A stretch of 64,000 nucleotides of DNA. Source: an uncultured bacterium (GTDB lineage: Bacteria; Eisenbacteria; RBG-16-71-46; CAIMUX01; WJJG01). The position numbers were made by a program, and so were the translations under genes. The stretch is from contig CAYQJL010000282.1 in assembly GCA_964417675.1 (NCBI GenBank), forward strand, positions 1,481-65,480, given 5' to 3'. Each line of letters opens with the position of its first letter. The stretch's first letter is position 1. A model generated the notes under the pieces. That model did not search any database, was not told the origin of the DNA, and worked only from the letters and a program-made list of their open reading frames with translations. Below are positions 60,161-64,000 of this stretch, one piece after another.

Positions 60161-60422
60161 GCGTACCCTCTCCCGCTCGAGTCATCGGCTGTCACGCACC
60201 CGGCCCGCTTCTGCCGGGCCGCAGGACATCAAGAACCATCACCCCCTGAGTCGGCAAGGCAACGCGCTTTCCTGAAGGAGCACTGGGTTGGGAGGCGGAT
60301 GGCCGAAGGCCCCACCTCTCTGGAAGAAGAGACCCAATCGACCGGAGGTCCGGGTCTGGCACAGCGGCGGCCACGCGTCGGATCCGGCCGCCGCAGACAG
60401 CGCGACACTTCGCTGGGGACAG

Positions 60423-60457
60423 AAAAAGGCGGCCGGGCCGTGACGCCCATGCCGCCT
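60423..60457 (-). terminator. Intrinsic terminator closing the glmL-like operon
   Basis: Minus strand AGGCGGC-ATGGGCGTCACGGCCCG-GCCGCCT followed by a T-run. Confidence 0.7.
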
Positions 60458-60502
60458 CAACGTGAAGATGCCGCGCCTGAGACAGCGCTCGACATCTCAG
60501 CT

Positions 60503-61630
60503 CTATTGTTCGATCATTTCGACATTTGCGCGCGGCACAGTCGCCTCGACTTCATCGTCGAACTTGACCTTCAGAATGCGAACCTTGGCGCCCGATTCGA
60601 CGATCGCCAGTTCCGGCGGAAGCTCGGTAACCACCCCGAGGTACCCGAAGTAGGGAGCCCGAATGCAGCGCACGGGGCTGCCAATTTGAAGCCCCTCCGA
60701 CATGCTGAAGGCCTTCTCGGCCAACTCGGCTCCCTGGTCGAACATGGAAACCACGATCTCCGGACGCATCACGCCGGCCCGGATCTGTGTGGCGCCATTG
60801 ACCGAGCACTTCTGACCCTCAAATCGCTTGAGCAGATCGAACGTGCGCTGCGCCATGGCCATCTTGCCGAAGCCCTCGGTGATCACGAGCGCCACCCCGA
60901 GTTCCTCGCTACCGGTGATGGCCACGCCCAGATCGACGCCCATGAAGTCACGCAACTCCTCGGCGTCCATTCCGCCGGCAACCACGGCGCTGACCTTCTT
61001 CTCCACGGCCTTGCGCAACACTTCGCTGGTGACCTTTGAACCGCCCACGACAACGGCTCCCTCCAGATCTCCCTCCAGGTGGTCGAGGCTCAGCTCATCC
61101 CCCGGCGAGGAGACCACCACATGGATCTCACCGTGCACCTCCCCGCCGATGCCGAAAATGCCCTGCACGAACGCGCCCTCGGTCTCCACGATCACACCCT
61201 CGTTGGGAATGACCTCGGTGACCTGGCCGTCGACGTAGGCCTCCACCTCGACCGGGATCGGTGGTTCGCGAATGATCACCTGGCCGGTGACCGTCGAGAT
61301 ACTCTCGATGGTGCCGTCGCACGGCGACTTGCAGTGGGTCTTGAAAAGGCCGAAGAAGCTCTTGGCGGTCGCGATGATCTCATCCTTCTCAACCGCCTCG
61401 CCCTCCTTCTTGAGCATGTATTCCATCAGATCCTGCTGATGCTGGCCCAAGATGCTGGCGGCCTTCAGAGGCTGGACGTTGCCCGGAAGATCGGTGCGCG
61501 CCACGACCTGATCGGCCTTCACGCGGTCGCCCACCTTGACCATCACCTCGCCCGATAGGGGCAGACGACGCTCCTTGACGATGTTCGTCCAGCCGGTCAC
61601 TCGCAATCCCGGGGTATAGGCATGAGCCAC
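60503..61630 (-). CDS. Uncharacterised 375-aa protein with barrel-sandwich hybrid-like motifs and C-terminal KOW-like motif
   Basis: GTG start (VAHAYTPG) after a GAGGAG RBS; VKVGDRV..DQVVA, KEGEAVEKDEIIA..SPCDGTI, GSPVRCIRAPYFG..GVV. Confidence 0.8.
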   Translation of the reverse strand: MAHAYTPGLRVTGWTNIVKERRLPLSGEVMVKVGDRVKADQVVARTDLPGNVQPLKAASILGQHQQDLMEYMLKKEGEAVEKDEIIATAKSFFGLFKTHCKSPCDGTIESISTVTGQVIIREPPIPVEVEAYVDGQVTEVIPNEGVIVETEGAFVQGIFGIGGEVHGEIHVVVSSPGDELSLDHLEGDLEGAVVVGGSKVTSEVLRKAVEKKVSAVVAGGMDAEELRDFMGVDLGVAITGSEELGVALVITEGFGKMAMAQRTFDLLKRFEGQKCSVNGATQIRAGVMRPEIVVSMFDQGAELAEKAFSMSEGLQIGSPVRCIRAPYFGYLGVVTELPPELAIVESGAKVRILKVKFDDEVEATVPRANVEMIEQ

Positions 61631-61661
61631 TGCAACTCTCCTCTCTCTAGTACACCAGGCA

Positions 61662-63524
61662 TTACACCAGTTCGCGTACGTCCTTGGGATACAGCTCCAT
61701 GGCCGACGCCCACTCCGCCAGTTTGTCGACCCGGGCCTTCGGCTCGCTGGGCAGCACGAACGGCTGGCGACCACGAGCGTCAAAAATCAAACCGACCACA
61801 CCGCCCTGGAGCTTGCGATGCAGCGCCTTGCCGCGGCCCACTCCAACATCAAAAGCCCCCGCCGGCTCGACGGTGACCTGGGCCTCGGTTGCGATCGGGA
61901 GCGGCAGGAAGCGAATCGATCCATAGGCAAGCTCGAACGCCTCCTCCTTGCCATCCGGCAGCGTCACCTGGACCTTCATGCATCTGGCGCCCTCTTTCCC
62001 CTTTCCAATGGCGGCCACCGACGTCGCCAAGTGGATCATGCAATCCTTCACGAACACATCGGTCGCCGCCTTCTTGGCCGACTCGTTCTCGACCTCGGCC
62101 AGGACGCCCAGCTGCGGCATCATGAAGATCGAATCCACGGCCAGTTCGGTCACCCCTTCGGGCAAGAAGGCGTCGAGCAGCATCATGGCCGCTTGCACGC
62201 GTCGTGGAGCATGCGAGAGGGCCCCGCCGCTGCCGACCAGAAGATTAAGACCCAGCAAGTTGATCAGGGTCGATCCCGAGGAGCTCTGTTCGAACGTATC
62301 GGAAATGGTGCGCTCCTGCTGCACGCCCTTCAGGCCCACCGCCAGCGACTTGTGCTGTTCGAATGCCAGGCGCAGGGCCTCCCGGGCCAGCGCCTGCTCA
62401 AGAATGAGCTCCTGCAGCGAATGGGGAATCGTGGTCGGTCGGATCATCTTGTTCTTGATCCGATTGCGGACCTCGCTCTCCGCCATGTCGAACGGCACCC
62501 AGCGCATCACGTTCTCCAGCCCGGCCTCCACCAGGACGTTGGACACCGAGTAGCTCATGCCCAGATTGGCGCTCACCGTCCGGTTGAAGACATCCTCGCC
62601 GGAAGGATCCCGAAACACGCTGAAGACATCGGTCGTGGCCCCGCCGATATCGACGCCGACGACCTGGATCTCGTTGCGCGTCGCGATCGTGTGGATGATC
62701 GACCCCACGGCGCCCGGCGTCGGCATGATCGGAATCGGTGTCCAGGCCATGAGATTCTTGTAGCCGGGCGCATGCGCCATCACATGCTCCATGAAGAGAT
62801 CGTGAATGGCGTGCCGCGCGGGCATCAGGTTCTCGCGCTCCATGGTCGGACGGATGTTGTCACAGATCGTCAGCGCGGTCTTCTCCTCCAAGCGCTCCTT
62901 GATCAGATCGACGGCCTGGTTGTTGCCCGCGTAGATCACCGGCATCGAGTAGGAGGCACCCAGACGGGCCTTGGGGTCCGCGGCCGCCACGATCTCGGCC
63001 AGCTCCACGACATGGGTCGTCGTGCCGCCATCGATGCCGCCCGAGAGCAAGATCATGTCCGGCCGCAGGTGGCGGATGCGCTTGATCTTCTCATGTGGCA
63101 GGCGCCCGTCGTTGCTGGCGATGATGTCCATCACGATGGCACCAGCACCCAGGGCCGCCCGCTCGGCGGACTCGCCGGTCATCGACTTGACCACCCCGGT
63201 CACCATCATCTGCAGTCCACCGCCGGCGCTGGAGGTGGAGACGTAGATATCGACACCCTCCTGCCCCTTCTGCGGGGTGAGGATCGTCTCTCCGTCGAGC
63301 AATTTCCGCCCGGCGAGTTCTTCGACCTCCATGACCGCATTCAGGACACCACGGGTCACATCCTCGAACGGGGCCTCCACCGTGGTCGGCGCCTCTCCGC
63401 GAACGACCAAACGGTACTCATCACCCTTCAGCTCGATGAGGATCGCCTTGGTGGTCGTGGAGCCGCAGTCTGTGGCCAACACCGATCGAATCTTCATCGT
63501 TTTCAGATCATCCGCCGCACTCAT
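61662..63524 (-). CDS. GlmL/MutL (glutamate mutase L)-like ASKHA ATPase, long form
   Basis: TDCGSTTTK, TSSAGGGL, LLSGGIDGG, MPTPGAV, VDIGGATTDVFS, RTVSANLGM, GSGGALSH. Confidence 0.85.
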   Translation of the reverse strand: MSAADDLKTMKIRSVLATDCGSTTTKAILIELKGDEYRLVVRGEAPTTVEAPFEDVTRGVLNAVMEVEELAGRKLLDGETILTPQKGQEGVDIYVSTSSAGGGLQMMVTGVVKSMTGESAERAALGAGAIVMDIIASNDGRLPHEKIKRIRHLRPDMILLSGGIDGGTTTHVVELAEIVAAADPKARLGASYSMPVIYAGNNQAVDLIKERLEEKTALTICDNIRPTMERENLMPARHAIHDLFMEHVMAHAPGYKNLMAWTPIPIMPTPGAVGSIIHTIATRNEIQVVGVDIGGATTDVFSVFRDPSGEDVFNRTVSANLGMSYSVSNVLVEAGLENVMRWVPFDMAESEVRNRIKNKMIRPTTIPHSLQELILEQALAREALRLAFEQHKSLAVGLKGVQQERTISDTFEQSSSGSTLINLLGLNLLVGSGGALSHAPRRVQAAMMLLDAFLPEGVTELAVDSIFMMPQLGVLAEVENESAKKAATDVFVKDCMIHLATSVAAIGKGKEGARCMKVQVTLPDGKEEAFELAYGSIRFLPLPIATEAQVTVEPAGAFDVGVGRGKALHRKLQGGVVGLIFDARGRQPFVLPSEPKARVDKLAEWASAMELYPKDVRELV

Positions 63525-63575
63525 GCACTCTTCCCCTACCAGGCTACGGTTCATGGCCCATGCACGGGCCGGTGA

Positions 63576-63950
63576 CTATCGTTGCCAGGGCCAGCGCCGC
63601 GTCGATTCACCCCGCCGCGCCCGCTCCTCTTGCTTCCGTTTGCGATCCTGCGCCTTGCGCTGCTTCTCCTCCAGACGCAGTTCCTCGTCGAGCTGCTCCA
63701 TCTTCTGGATCAAAGCCTCCACATTCTCACGCTCCTCCATCAGGTGCGAGAAACGCTCATAGCTCCGTACCGTCAAGAAAGCCTGCACAAAAGGTTGCAG
63801 GAAGATTAGCAGTTGACTCCCCAGAAAAGACAGCGGCTTTGTCGACTCCAGGAAGAAAACGGCCGGCACCGCCAACCGCATGCCGACGACGCGCCGGGCG
63901 ACCGCCGCCAGCAACTCCTCGTCGGACATCTCCTCGAACCGCTTCAGCAA
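63576..63950 (-). CDS. Small hypothetical protein (frame open to the window edge, start uncertain)
   Basis: PAVFFLESTKPLSFLGSQ segment followed by a coiled tail; lies just upstream of the glmL-like gene. Confidence 0.7.
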   Translation of the reverse strand: MLKRFEEMSDEELLAAVARRVVGMRLAVPAVFFLESTKPLSFLGSQLLIFLQPFVQAFLTVRSYERFSHLMEERENVEALIQKMEQLDEELRLEEKQRKAQDRKRKQEERARRGESTRRWPWQR

Positions 63951-64000
63951 CGACCCGTCCCGCGCCCCGCCGGCCGGATCACTCTGGCTGCCCGGGGAAC

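Noticed and set aside
61662-63524. Reading 'MutL' as the DNA mismatch-repair protein
   Set aside because: The motifs are actin-like ASKHA, not GHKL; the shared name refers to glutamate mutase L.

Overview
GC-rich bacterial chromosome segment, almost entirely on the minus strand (only rpsT and a DMT transporter are on +). Gene content suggests a diderm of the wider FCB neighbourhood, e.g. Eisenbacteria/Krumholzibacteria/Latescibacteria-like (inference from the LpxC-FabZ fusion, PorV plus a FlgD-Ig/T9SS-type CTD protein, bS22 and a long SecA). Most of it is housekeeping. There is an outer-membrane biogenesis cluster (lolC/E-lolD-mcsA-mcsB-clpC-bamA-skp-lpxD-lpxC/fabZ-lpxA-gnnA-like-lpxB), followed by purB, htrA, fsa/tal, truA, rlmI, lnt, rpsT, dapF, argF, hslUV, xerC, topA, secA, slt, purH/purC, comEC, rnr and HU. 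I found no rRNA, tRNA, CRISPR array or mobile element. Two candidate uncharacterised systems stand out. (1) At the right end, an operon encodes a GlmL/MutL-like ASKHA ATPase with no B12 mutase genes beside it, a barrel-sandwich/KOW partner protein and a small helical protein, closed by an intrinsic terminator. (2) A sigma-54 promoter precedes a cytoplasmic BON protein, a TPR protein and a membrane protein that joins a catalytically dead PP2C-like domain to PEGA domains. Other points: an unannotated 32-aa bS22 gene, a 4-Cys insert in SecA, and recurrent 18-nt in-frame tandem duplications.
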